Below, in pieces: positions 24,491 to 32,000 of a DNA stretch of 32,000 nt. The notes beneath the pieces are model-generated. The model did not search any database, had not been told where the DNA came from, and saw only the letters and a program-made list of their open reading frames with translations. Where the stretch lies: positions 87,501 through 119,500 of the forward strand of contig NZ_JAFHAP010000001.1 in NCBI RefSeq assembly GCF_016938855.1, in the 5' to 3' direction. Position 1 is the first letter of the stretch, and each line of letters opens with the position of its first letter. The position numbers were made by a program, and so were the translations under genes. This DNA comes from Polycladomyces zharkentensis (GTDB lineage: Bacteria > Bacillota > Bacilli > Thermoactinomycetales > JIR-001).

Positions 24491-24508
24491 TCAAAATCCG
24501 TGTACATG

Positions 24509-24532
24509 AAAAAAACCGCCAAAAATGGCGGT
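24509..24532 (-). terminator. rho-independent terminator of metK (168 nt past the stop codon)
   Basis: On the minus strand: ACCGCC-ATTTTT-GGCGGT followed by TTTTTTT. Confidence 0.8.
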
Positions 24533-24700
24533 GAAACTGTTGGCAAATGTGATTTTGGGAGCGAAGCCGCCTTTCCCGTCGCGACTCCGGCCAACCGGTT
24601 GCGAAGCTGTGGAGAGGAATCCAAGCCGATGGTGATAGCCGGATCCGCCTCCGACAAATTCGCTGGAAAAGCCACCTTTCCCTTCACACGATCTTTCGCA

Positions 24701-25894
24701 TCACAAACCGGCTTCGCGACGCAGCACTTCGGCTTTGTCCGTACGTTCCCACGGCAAATCCAAGTCGTTGCGTCCGAAATGCCCGTAAGCCGCGGTTTGT
24801 TTGTAAATCGGACGACGCAGATCCAGCTGGCGGATAATGCCGGCCGGACGCAGATCAAAGTGTTTGCGTACCAAATCCACCAACACGGATTCGTCCACCC
24901 GTCCGGTACCGAACGTATCTACACGGATGGAAACCGGTTTGGCCACACCGATGGCATACGCCAGCTGCACTTCGCATTTGTCGGCCAATCCGGCAGCGAC
25001 GATGTTTTTGGCCACGTAACGCGCCGCATAGGCACCGGAGCGGTCCACTTTGGTCGGATCTTTACCCGAGAAGGCGCCACCGCCGTGACGTGCATATCCG
25101 CCATAAGTGTCCACGATGATTTTCCGACCGGTCAGTCCGGCATCGCCCAACGGACCCCCGATCACGAAACGGCCCGTGGGATTGATGAAGTATTTCGTTT
25201 TGTCATCCAGCATCTCTTGCGGAACAACCGGCAAAATCACGTGTTGATGTACGTCTTTCTTGATTTGCTCCAATGTCACTTCCTCGGAGTGTTGGGTGGA
25301 CACGACAATCGTATCAATCCGCACCGGCTTGTCGTCCTCGTACTCGACGGTAACTTGTGTTTTGCCGTCGGGGCGCAGATACGGCAAGGTGCCGTTCACC
25401 CGCACTTCGTGGAGACGACGGGCCAGTTTGTGGGCCAACGAAATCGGAAGCGGCATCAGTTCCGGCGTTTCATTGGTGGCGAAACCGAACATCAAACCTT
25501 GGTCACCGGCACCGATCGCTTCGATTTCCTCCTCAGTCATTTGACCTTCCCGTTTTTCCAACGCTTCATTAACCCCCGCCGCGATATCCGGGGACTGTTC
25601 GTCGATGGAGGTCAAAACGGCGCACGTTTCAGCATCGAAGCCGTATTTGGCACGCGTGTACCCGATTTCCTTGATGGTCTCCCGTACAATTTTGGGAATG
25701 TCCACATAACAGGTCGTGGAGATTTCACCCGAAACCAACACCAACCCCGTCGTGACGGAAGTTTCGCAAGCAACCCGTGCGTTGGGATCTTTGGCCAGAA
25801 TCGCATCGAGAACGGCATCGGAAATTTGGTCGCAAATCTTGTCCGGATGACCGGCTGTCACCGATTCCGAAGTGAACAAACTGCGTTTCGGCAT
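24701..25894 (-). CDS. metK: S-adenosylmethionine synthetase
   Basis: [39 protein letters not shown] 25894 with AAGGAGGA 8 nt upstream. The ORF track start at 25900 is an in-frame GTG. Confidence 0.96.
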   Translation of the reverse strand: MPKRSLFTSESVTAGHPDKICDQISDAVLDAILAKDPNARVACETSVTTGLVLVSGEISTTCYVDIPKIVRETIKEIGYTRAKYGFDAETCAVLTSIDEQSPDIAAGVNEALEKREGQMTEEEIEAIGAGDQGLMFGFATNETPELMPLPISLAHKLARRLHEVRVNGTLPYLRPDGKTQVTVEYEDDKPVRIDTIVVSTQHSEEVTLEQIKKDVHQHVILPVVPQEMLDDKTKYFINPTGRFVIGGPLGDAGLTGRKIIVDTYGGYARHGGGAFSGKDPTKVDRSGAYAARYVAKNIVAAGLADKCEVQLAYAIGVAKPVSIRVDTFGTGRVDESVLVDLVRKHFDLRPAGIIRQLDLRRPIYKQTAAYGHFGRNDLDLPWERTDKAEVLRREAGL

Positions 25895-25929
25895 CGTCAC
25901 GCTCCTCCTTTTCCTTCAAACGTAACCAT

Positions 25930-26017
25930 AAAAAAAGACCTTTCCTCGAGGAAAGGCGCTTTGACTTCACCTTGAGGCATCCTCGAAAACGGCGGCAACA
26001 CATCATGATCTATGAAG
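25930..26017 (-). promoter_or_regulatory. metK leader: short helix-closed element plus intrinsic terminator (attenuator)
   Basis: On the minus strand: CTTCA...TGAAG encloses ~43 nt (26017..25965). It is followed by the perfect palindrome CCTTTCCTCGAGGAAAGG (25956..25939), TC and T7. Upstream TCGAGGA can pair with the terminator 5' arm (TCCTCGA) as an antiterminator. Confidence 0.55.
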
Positions 26018-26132
26018 CTGTTGACCGTGCACAAACCGTTTCCATTCGGTCTGACCTATATCAATATATAGGATAGCGAAAACGGATGGGAAAGACAACC
26101 CTTCTTTTCCCTTTTTCGACAGGATTCGATTC

Positions 26133-28430
26133 TCAGCCGGGACGTTTCAACACCAATGAATAAGCACCTTCTCCCCTGTTTCCGGATGATTGGATACGAA
26201 TGTAATAGTTCCCAATTTCCAGCATGCGTGTCACTTCAACCACCCGACGGGAATCGGACAGCCGTACCTGTTTCAACGCCCGCTTCCGGGAATCGTAGAG
26301 GATCATCTCCACATCTTCCCATCCCTTTGGGATTTGCAACCGAATGGTGTGACGGGATCGTTCCGTCACCTGAAACACGTACCAATCCAAATCGGCCGGC
26401 CCCGTCAGTCTTCCCGTCAGCGTTTCGTCCGGGAAGAGGAGCGTGGCTTGATCCGAGTTGTCGTTGGGTTCAAAGGCATCACTCATCTCGGGTTGATAGT
26501 GAATGAGCAGTTGATACGGTTCAACGATCGGATTGCCACCGTAATCCGACACCCGGACATAGAGAAAACCCTTGGGCGCATGGAGGCGAATCGTCTCCTC
26601 TTCGCCCTCCGCTTTGACATCGACACGGACTGTGTGCCAGCTTTCATCCTCCTGCACAAACAGAACAGGATCGGCGCGCGGCGTGACAACACCCAGGCGT
26701 ACTTCCAGCGTGCCGGGACGGGGAATCTCCAGCTGATACCAATCCATGTCCCTTTGTTTGTGCCAGGTTCCCTTGATCGGCACCCAATCCGGCGTCAGTT
26801 TTACTTTCGTGGCATTCCATTGGTAGTCGTTGTTTTCATTGATGTCCGCCTGCGGTGAAAACGCATTGGCCAATGTATAGGAAACCGGCTTTTTCATGTC
26901 GGTCGCCCACACTTTCAGCCGGATCTGCCCACCGGGTACGGTCAGATACAACGGTTGAGAGGACAGATCGTATTCACCCGTCTGACCTGTTCGTTCCACT
27001 TCCACGCGAATGCGCATACGGGCATGCCGCTTGGCATCGCATGTCACCACCAGCGTGCCGGGGTGAAACAGATGAATTCTGTACCAATCCGCATCGGTTG
27101 AGGAATGGAGAGTCGCCTGGTAAACCTGATCCGTCGAGATGGGCATGGCCTGTTCGGCACGGTCGTTGGGCTCGAAAATGTCCGGTTCCGGTTTGGCGGT
27201 CATCGCACGATATACATCTATCGTGCCGAAACCGTACAGGGTATTCCAACGTTCTCCGCCCGACGGCCTGGCTGTTTGCCGGATCAAATTGCGAATCTGA
27301 GCGGGGGTGAAATACGGAAAGCGTTCCTTGACCAAAGCGGCCAATCCGGCCACTTGCGGAGCAGCAAACGACGTACCGGAGTCGTACCCGTATTTGCCGC
27401 CGGGAATCGCGGACCAGATATTTTCTCCCGGAGCCATGACGTCCAGCCCCGAACCCGAATTGGAAGTCATCGCGCGTTGACCTTGCGCATCCACGGAGCC
27501 GACGCCCAGGACGGTAGAAAACGCCGCAGGGTAATAGAGAGGATGATCATATAAAATGTCTCCATCATCGTTCAGACTGGCGTTTCCCGCAGCTCCGACG
27601 ACCGTCACGCCTGCTTGCTCAGCCTCTTCGACCGCTTCCGCCATCGTCTCGGAATATGTCCAACTTCCCTGCGCCAACACGATCACATCGGCTTTCCGGC
27701 GAACGGCCTCACGAATCCCCTCTGCCGTGTGGTATACATCTCCGTCCTGTCCATCCTCCATCACTTTGATGGGCATGATATGCGCCGACCCGATCAACGG
27801 ACTCTTTTTCCCGCCGACACTTCCCCAGACGGCGGCAATCACGCTCGCCACCCGCGTACCGTGACCCATGTGATCCTGCGGGGGTTGCGCCGGGTCACGC
27901 AGGTTGACGCCCGCCACCAGAAACGGGGCCAACATGGGATGATTCAAATCAACACCCGTATCGACGACGGCAACCGTCACACTGGAGATACGACCTTGCT
28001 TTTTCCATTTGGCAAGCAAAGGCCAGGCGGCTTCGGCACGAATCCGTTTCAGGTAGTATATACTGTTACCGCCCCGATGTTGCATCGACACCCGACTTTC
28101 CACCTTGAACTTGTGATTGGGGTGCAGATACTCCACACGCGGATCACCTGACCAACGGGATTCCCATTTTTCCTCGTCCACGTTGGGTTTCAGCCGAATC
28201 AGCATCGTCTGCCCTTTGTCCTTCGGGTCCAGCGACTCGTGAAGGATGTCCACTGTTTTCAAAAAGTCCGGGTCCGCCTCTTCTTTCCACTTAATCACCC
28301 ACTCCCGGTGGAACACCGTTTTGGACGAGTCCTTTTCGTTCACTTGGTGCTCACGCGACGCCTGTCCGCAAGCGGCGGTGATCAGCAAAGCGAACAGACA
28401 AATCCAGGTGACCCAAACGACTTTTTTCAT
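26133..28430 (-). CDS. secreted or lipid-anchored subtilisin-like serine protease (peptidase S8) with three C-terminal PPC-type repeats
   Basis: Signal/lipobox MKKVVWVTWICLFALLITAAC. Catalytic motifs VAVVDTGV (Asp), HGTRVAS (His), GTSFAAPQVAG (Ser). Three repeats of the type EPND...DxDWY (FEPNDRAEQA...DADWYRI; NENNDYQW...DMDWYQL; FEPNDNSDQA...DLDWYVF). Confidence 0.92.
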   Translation of the reverse strand: MKKVVWVTWICLFALLITAACGQASREHQVNEKDSSKTVFHREWVIKWKEEADPDFLKTVDILHESLDPKDKGQTMLIRLKPNVDEEKWESRWSGDPRVEYLHPNHKFKVESRVSMQHRGGNSIYYLKRIRAEAAWPLLAKWKKQGRISSVTVAVVDTGVDLNHPMLAPFLVAGVNLRDPAQPPQDHMGHGTRVASVIAAVWGSVGGKKSPLIGSAHIMPIKVMEDGQDGDVYHTAEGIREAVRRKADVIVLAQGSWTYSETMAEAVEEAEQAGVTVVGAAGNASLNDDGDILYDHPLYYPAAFSTVLGVGSVDAQGQRAMTSNSGSGLDVMAPGENIWSAIPGGKYGYDSGTSFAAPQVAGLAALVKERFPYFTPAQIRNLIRQTARPSGGERWNTLYGFGTIDVYRAMTAKPEPDIFEPNDRAEQAMPISTDQVYQATLHSSTDADWYRIHLFHPGTLVVTCDAKRHARMRIRVEVERTGQTGEYDLSSQPLYLTVPGGQIRLKVWATDMKKPVSYTLANAFSPQADINENNDYQWNATKVKLTPDWVPIKGTWHKQRDMDWYQLEIPRPGTLEVRLGVVTPRADPVLFVQEDESWHTVRVDVKAEGEEETIRLHAPKGFLYVRVSDYGGNPIVEPYQLLIHYQPEMSDAFEPNDNSDQATLLFPDETLTGRLTGPADLDWYVFQVTERSRHTIRLQIPKGWEDVEMILYDSRKRALKQVRLSDSRRVVEVTRMLEIGNYYIRIQSSGNRGEGAYSLVLKRPG

Positions 28431-28732
28431 CGCCGCTCACCCACTCCATCTCAGACTGACCGGCCGCCGGAACCCACCGTATTTCCCGGCGACTGCGACT
28501 TTGGCATCATCAACGTTAGCTTATCACGACTCGGATCAATTGGCGACTATGAAACTTTTCTGCTGATTTCACCGTTATAAATAAGAGAAGTCGGGTTACA
28601 TCAAGTGGATCGACTGTCCCGTACAAACCCTTCATTTTCCCAAAAATATTCGTTTTTTTCTACTTGATGGTCAGCCGGATCTGATGATAGTATGGTGAAA
28701 GACGTGAAAGGCTTTGCAAAGCGGGGAATACG

Positions 28733-29851
28733 ATGGAACGGATCGAAAAAAGCAGGGTAACGAGAGTCAACAAAAAAAGAAGACGCAAATGGATATGGCG
28801 ATCGATCGCCACATTGTTCGTCCTCATTCTGGTTATCGGTGCTTATTTCTTTTATCAAACGTGGGGCGTATTGGCCGGCACATACGAACCGCTTGCGCGT
28901 GACCACTCCAAAAAACGCGACAAGGCTGTATCGGTTGACAGCCCCGTCAACATTTTGCTGCTGGGTACCGACGTTCGAAAGGAAACTGAGAATTGGCGAC
29001 CGGATGTGATTATCCTGGCGGCCGTCAACCCAAAAACACACTCGATCAAAGTGGTGAGCATCCCGCGGGATACCTATGTGGAAATCGCGAACACCAACGG
29101 CCACAGGGATAAAATCAACTCCGCCGCTTCATGGGCACGCGCCCGCAACGTCGGTCCCGTGCTGAACACCGTGGAAACCGTCGAAAACTTTCTCAATGTT
29201 CCCGTAGATTATTACGCCAAAGTCAACTTCAAAGGATTTATGGACGTCGTTGACGCACTGGGGGGAGTGGACGTCAACGTCAAATTCCCCTTTCATCAGG
29301 AGACATTCGGCGGCGAGGTCATCCGGTTCAACCCCGGTCCTCACCATCTGGACGGAGAAGAAGCGTTGGCTTACGTCCGGATGCGCAAGCAGGATCCGTT
29401 GGGCGATCAGGGACGGAACCTGCGCCAGCGCGAAGTGGTCACCCAGCTGATCGACAAGATCGTCAGCTTTGACAACATCACCAAAGTGAACTCGATTCTC
29501 AAATCGTTGGGTGAAAATGTCTCCACCAGCATTACGGTGGATGAAATGATCACCTTGCAAAAAATCTACCGGGACATACCCAAGAAAAACATCCAGACCA
29601 TCAGCATCAAGGGCGAAAACAAACGCCTGAAATACTGGTACTTCTTCGTCAGCAAAAAAGAACGGCAGCGAATCAGTGACATCCTGCGCAAACAGCTGGA
29701 ACTGAAACCCGAAAAAATTCCCGGACCTGACCTGACTGAAGGCATCCTTGACGATTCATCCGAAGGGGACGGGCAGGACGATGGTTCGTTGGGTAACGGT
29801 AACGGTGACGGTATCGATTCATACGATCAAAGCGGGGGTTCCGACTACTAA
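28733..29851 (+). CDS. LytR-CpsA-Psr (LCP) family cell-wall glycopolymer ligase
   Basis: N-terminal basic stretch plus a TM segment. LCP motifs NILLLGTD, RPDVIILAAVNP, SIPRDTYV. Low-complexity G/D-rich tail. Confidence 0.92.
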   Translation: MERIEKSRVTRVNKKRRRKWIWRSIATLFVLILVIGAYFFYQTWGVLAGTYEPLARDHSKKRDKAVSVDSPVNILLLGTDVRKETENWRPDVIILAAVNPKTHSIKVVSIPRDTYVEIANTNGHRDKINSAASWARARNVGPVLNTVETVENFLNVPVDYYAKVNFKGFMDVVDALGGVDVNVKFPFHQETFGGEVIRFNPGPHHLDGEEALAYVRMRKQDPLGDQGRNLRQREVVTQLIDKIVSFDNITKVNSILKSLGENVSTSITVDEMITLQKIYRDIPKKNIQTISIKGENKRLKYWYFFVSKKERQRISDILRKQLELKPEKIPGPDLTEGILDDSSEGDGQDDGSLGNGNGDGIDSYDQSGGSDY

Positions 29852-29869
29852 GTCGGCCCTCTTTTTTTT
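29841..29869 (+). terminator. rho-independent terminator overlapping the LCP stop codon
   Basis: CCGACT-ACTA-AGTCGG followed by CCCTC and T8. Confidence 0.75.
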
Positions 29870-30247
29870 GGGTCCCGGATCATGCCGGGCAGACGGAGTG
29901 AACCAGATCGGGGATGTTTGATCATCTTGCCGAGCGGGAGCAGCCGGTTCTCCCGTCTGATCCACCAACGTCCCGACGCGTCCCCAAACGACGTGTGGAC
30001 CCGTTTCCACGACGGTAAATGGGATACGATCATATTGCCCATGATCACACTTTCTTTATAAAGGGACGGCATGACAAACCATATACGCATGCACGTTCAT
30101 TCCTTTTCACTGGTATTGAGTGGATTTGTTTATTAGGATAGAGGATATCGGAATATGCGGCTACCCTTTCGACAAAGGTTTTCAAAACATCGGCTCATCC
30201 CTGCCGCATGCGGATGATTGTAGGTTGATGACAGGAAGGTGAAGCAG

Positions 30248-30883
30248 ATGGAAACCCGTTACCGAACCGTGAAGGGATATGGCGAAACAGAAATCGTAAT
30301 CCAAAAATCGCGGTTTATCACCCGCGTCAACCGTGTTGCCAACGAGCAGGAGGCAGCCACATTTGTGGAGGAAATCAGCAAAAAGCACTGGGATGCAACC
30401 CACAACTGCTACGCCTACGTCACCCGCGGCACCCAAGTGCAAAAATCGTCGGACGACGGTGAACCGGCAGGAACGGCCGGTCGACCCATCTTGGAAGTGA
30501 TCCGAAATCGAGACTTGCATGATACGGTTATCGTGGTCACCCGTTATTTTGGGGGGATCAAGCTGGGGGCTTCCGGCCTGATACGCGCATACAGCCAATG
30601 CGCCGCAGCCGGCATCGACACCGCCGGGGAAGTGGAACGCATTTTGCACAAAAAAATGTCGATTACGACGGATTACTCGTTCGTCGGCAAAATGGAACAT
30701 GAACTGCGTACCCACGGATTCGACATGGAGCCGCCGGAGTTTACCGATCAAGTAACCTGGCACCTCTGGATACCGCTCGGAGAAGAAGCCGAGGTTACAA
30801 AATGGGTGACTGAACTGACCAACGGGAGGGCCTCCATTACCGAAGGGGAAACGATGTTCCGGGAAAAAGAAGTAAATCCCTAG
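30248..30883 (+). CDS. yigZ: YigZ/IMPACT-family protein (YvyE-like)
   Basis: YRTVKGYGETEIVIQKSRFI, ATHNCYAY, DDGEPAGTAG motifs. ATG 30248 after GGAAGGTGA (5-nt spacer); an in-frame GTG at 30239 is an alternative. Confidence 0.9.
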   Translation: METRYRTVKGYGETEIVIQKSRFITRVNRVANEQEAATFVEEISKKHWDATHNCYAYVTRGTQVQKSSDDGEPAGTAGRPILEVIRNRDLHDTVIVVTRYFGGIKLGASGLIRAYSQCAAAGIDTAGEVERILHKKMSITTDYSFVGKMEHELRTHGFDMEPPEFTDQVTWHLWIPLGEEAEVTKWVTELTNGRASITEGETMFREKEVNP

Positions 30884-30949
30884 GGTGCGTCCACATCCCA
30901 TCCGGTAAATGTTTTCCATCGGGAAAGCGATGCGCCCAATATGAACAGG

Positions 30950-30978
30950 AAAAAAGCCCCATGCTAATGCGTGGGGCT
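30950..30978 (-). repeat. terminator-type hairpin, copy 1 (U-tract on the minus strand)
   Basis: AGCCCCATGC-TAAT-GCGTGGGGCT preceded by A6 on plus, which is T6 after the hairpin on minus. Confidence 0.65.
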
Positions 30979-31173
30979 GAGGTTATTGACAAACTCCGTT
31001 GGCGTGCCGCTCCGTAGCGGCAGCCAGAGTCGCTCGACGGGAAATTCGGACCCAATACCTAAAAGAGGGTGGCCGTTTTCCCACGAGCGACCTTTGAGCG
31101 CAGCGATTCAGGAGCGAGAGGGAAAACGGTGCACCCGGAATTGGGAGTGGTTCAACACTTTGTCAGCAGTCTG

Positions 31174-31201
31174 AGCCCCACGTTGATGCGTGGGGCTTTT
31201 T
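31174..31201 (+). repeat. terminator-type hairpin, copy 2 (U-tract on the plus strand)
   Basis: AGCCCCACG-TTGATG-CGTGGGGCT followed by T5. Near-identical to copy 1 and in the same orientation. Starts 2 nt from the metQ stop. Confidence 0.7.
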
Positions 31202-31202
31202 G

Positions 31203-32000
31203 TCAAAACGCCGGAACGACGGCGCCTTTGTATTTTTGCTCGATGAATTTCTTCACTTCCGGGGAAGTGAGCGCTTTGGCCAGCTTTTGGATGGCCGGTT
31301 TCTTTTCATTGCCCGCCTTGACCGCCAGTACATTGACGTAGGGGGAATTTTTGTCCTCGATAAAGAGTGAGTCCTTCACCGGATTCAAGTTGGCTTGCAA
31401 CGCATAGTTGGTGTTGATGATCGCCACATCCACCTGATCCAGCACCCGCGGCAGGATCGCCGGCTCCAGCGGCTTGAACTTCAGGTTTTTCGGATTGGAT
31501 TTGATGTTGTTGAGCGTTTTGTCACCTTGACGGTTATCCAGTTTGATCAGGCCTTGCTGATCCAAGAGTAACAGCACCCGTGTCATTTCGCTGGTGGCAT
31601 TGGGCAGAGCGACGGTCGCACCATTGGGGATCTGCGATTTGGATTTGTATTTTTTGGAATAGGCGCCCATCGGTTCGATGTGTACACCCACCACTTTGAC
31701 CAAATGCCAACCCTGCTCTTTGTTGGAGGCTTCCATCCAGGGGATATGTTGGAAATAGTTGGCGTCCAACTCCCCTTCCTCCACCGATTTGTTGGGAAGG
31801 ACATAGTCTTGGAACACACGCACTTCCAAATGGACGCCCTGTTTTTCCAAGATCGGTTTGACATGGTTCAAAATCTCGGCATGGGGAACTTGCGTCGCCC
31901 CTACACGTATGGTTGCTTCATCCTTCTTGCCTGCACCGCAAGCGGTCGTCGCCAACATCATGACCAGTGCGAGCAGACCGATCAACCATTTTTTCATCAT
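31203..32000 (-). CDS. metQ: methionine ABC transporter substrate-binding lipoprotein (NlpA/MetQ family)
   Basis: MMKKWLIGLLALVMMLATTAC lipobox, then a MetQ-like body (IRVGATQVPHAEIL..., NYFQHIPW). The start lies at the very right edge (32000 or 31997), so an upstream start cannot be excluded. Confidence 0.88.
   Translation of the reverse strand: MMKKWLIGLLALVMMLATTACGAGKKDEATIRVGATQVPHAEILNHVKPILEKQGVHLEVRVFQDYVLPNKSVEEGELDANYFQHIPWMEASNKEQGWHLVKVVGVHIEPMGAYSKKYKSKSQIPNGATVALPNATSEMTRVLLLLDQQGLIKLDNRQGDKTLNNIKSNPKNLKFKPLEPAILPRVLDQVDVAIINTNYALQANLNPVKDSLFIEDKNSPYVNVLAVKAGNEKKPAIQKLAKALTSPEVKKFIEQKYKGAVVPAF

Noticed and set aside
29848-30090. 80-aa minus-strand ORF (MRIWFVMPSLYKESVIMGNMIVSH...) and the overlapping ORF 29819..30010, between the LCP gene and yigZ.
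   Set aside because: The SD is weak (AAAGGAA, 9 nt). The ORF reads through the LCP terminator and its A8/T8 run. No family was recognised. It may be a fragment of a decayed gene but is not supportable.
1-32000. I looked for CRISPR repeats, tRNA/rRNA/tmRNA/RNase P/SRP signatures, transposase/integrase/recombinase genes, toxin-antitoxin pairs, reverse transcriptases, and nuclease/ATPase gene pairs typical of defence islands.
   Set aside because: I found none by eye. Every large ORF has a housekeeping-type assignment, so I do not claim a protein-based novel system in this window. The only unexplained content is the non-coding elements listed in the findings.

Overview
Core-chromosome segment of a moderately GC-rich (by eye, mid-50s % GC) spore-former-type Bacillota/Bacillales genome. 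The synteny is hpf-secA-prfB, comFA-comFC, degU and argCJBD; any finer taxonomic guess would be speculation. I support about 30 protein genes, roughly 25 of them on the minus strand. They are: argD (5' end only), argB, argJ, argC; an acidic membrane-anchored protein; a crotonase; a sulfite-oxidase-family Mo enzyme; an Rrf2 regulator; a YtrA-type GntR regulator with ABC ATPase and ABC-2 permease; two cold-shock proteins; prfB with its programmed +1 frameshift; secA; hpf; a polar amino-acid ABC transporter (SBP, permease, ATPase); HU; comFA and comFC; a small membrane protein; a degU-like response regulator with no degS; metK; a large S8 protease with three PPC-type repeats; an LCP-family protein; yigZ/IMPACT; and metQ. 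I saw no rRNA, tRNA, CRISPR array, transposase, integrase or recognisable defence genes. The B. subtilis flagellar block between comFC and hpf, and degS next to degU, are both absent. The unexplained content is non-coding: (1) a ~300-nt ORF-free, pseudoknot-capable GC-rich element with its own near-consensus promoter at 24157-24500, preceded by a 70-nt hairpin unit at 24061-24134, in the position where degS would sit; (2) a ~250-300-nt ORF-free GC-rich element at 16700-16990 between comFC and hpf, which is the reported context of raiA-motif RNA; (3) ~650 nt without a credible ORF between an acidic-protein gene and tandem terminators (3456-4121); (4) three perfect tandem DnaA boxes inside an ABC-transporter operon (18483-18512); (5) a metK leader with an attenuator but no S-box core visible by eye; (6) two near-identical terminator hairpins bracketing a 190-nt structured spacer between convergent genes (30950-31201). 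All start codons were refined by eye from SD spacing. No homology search, RNA folding or covariance-model search could be run.
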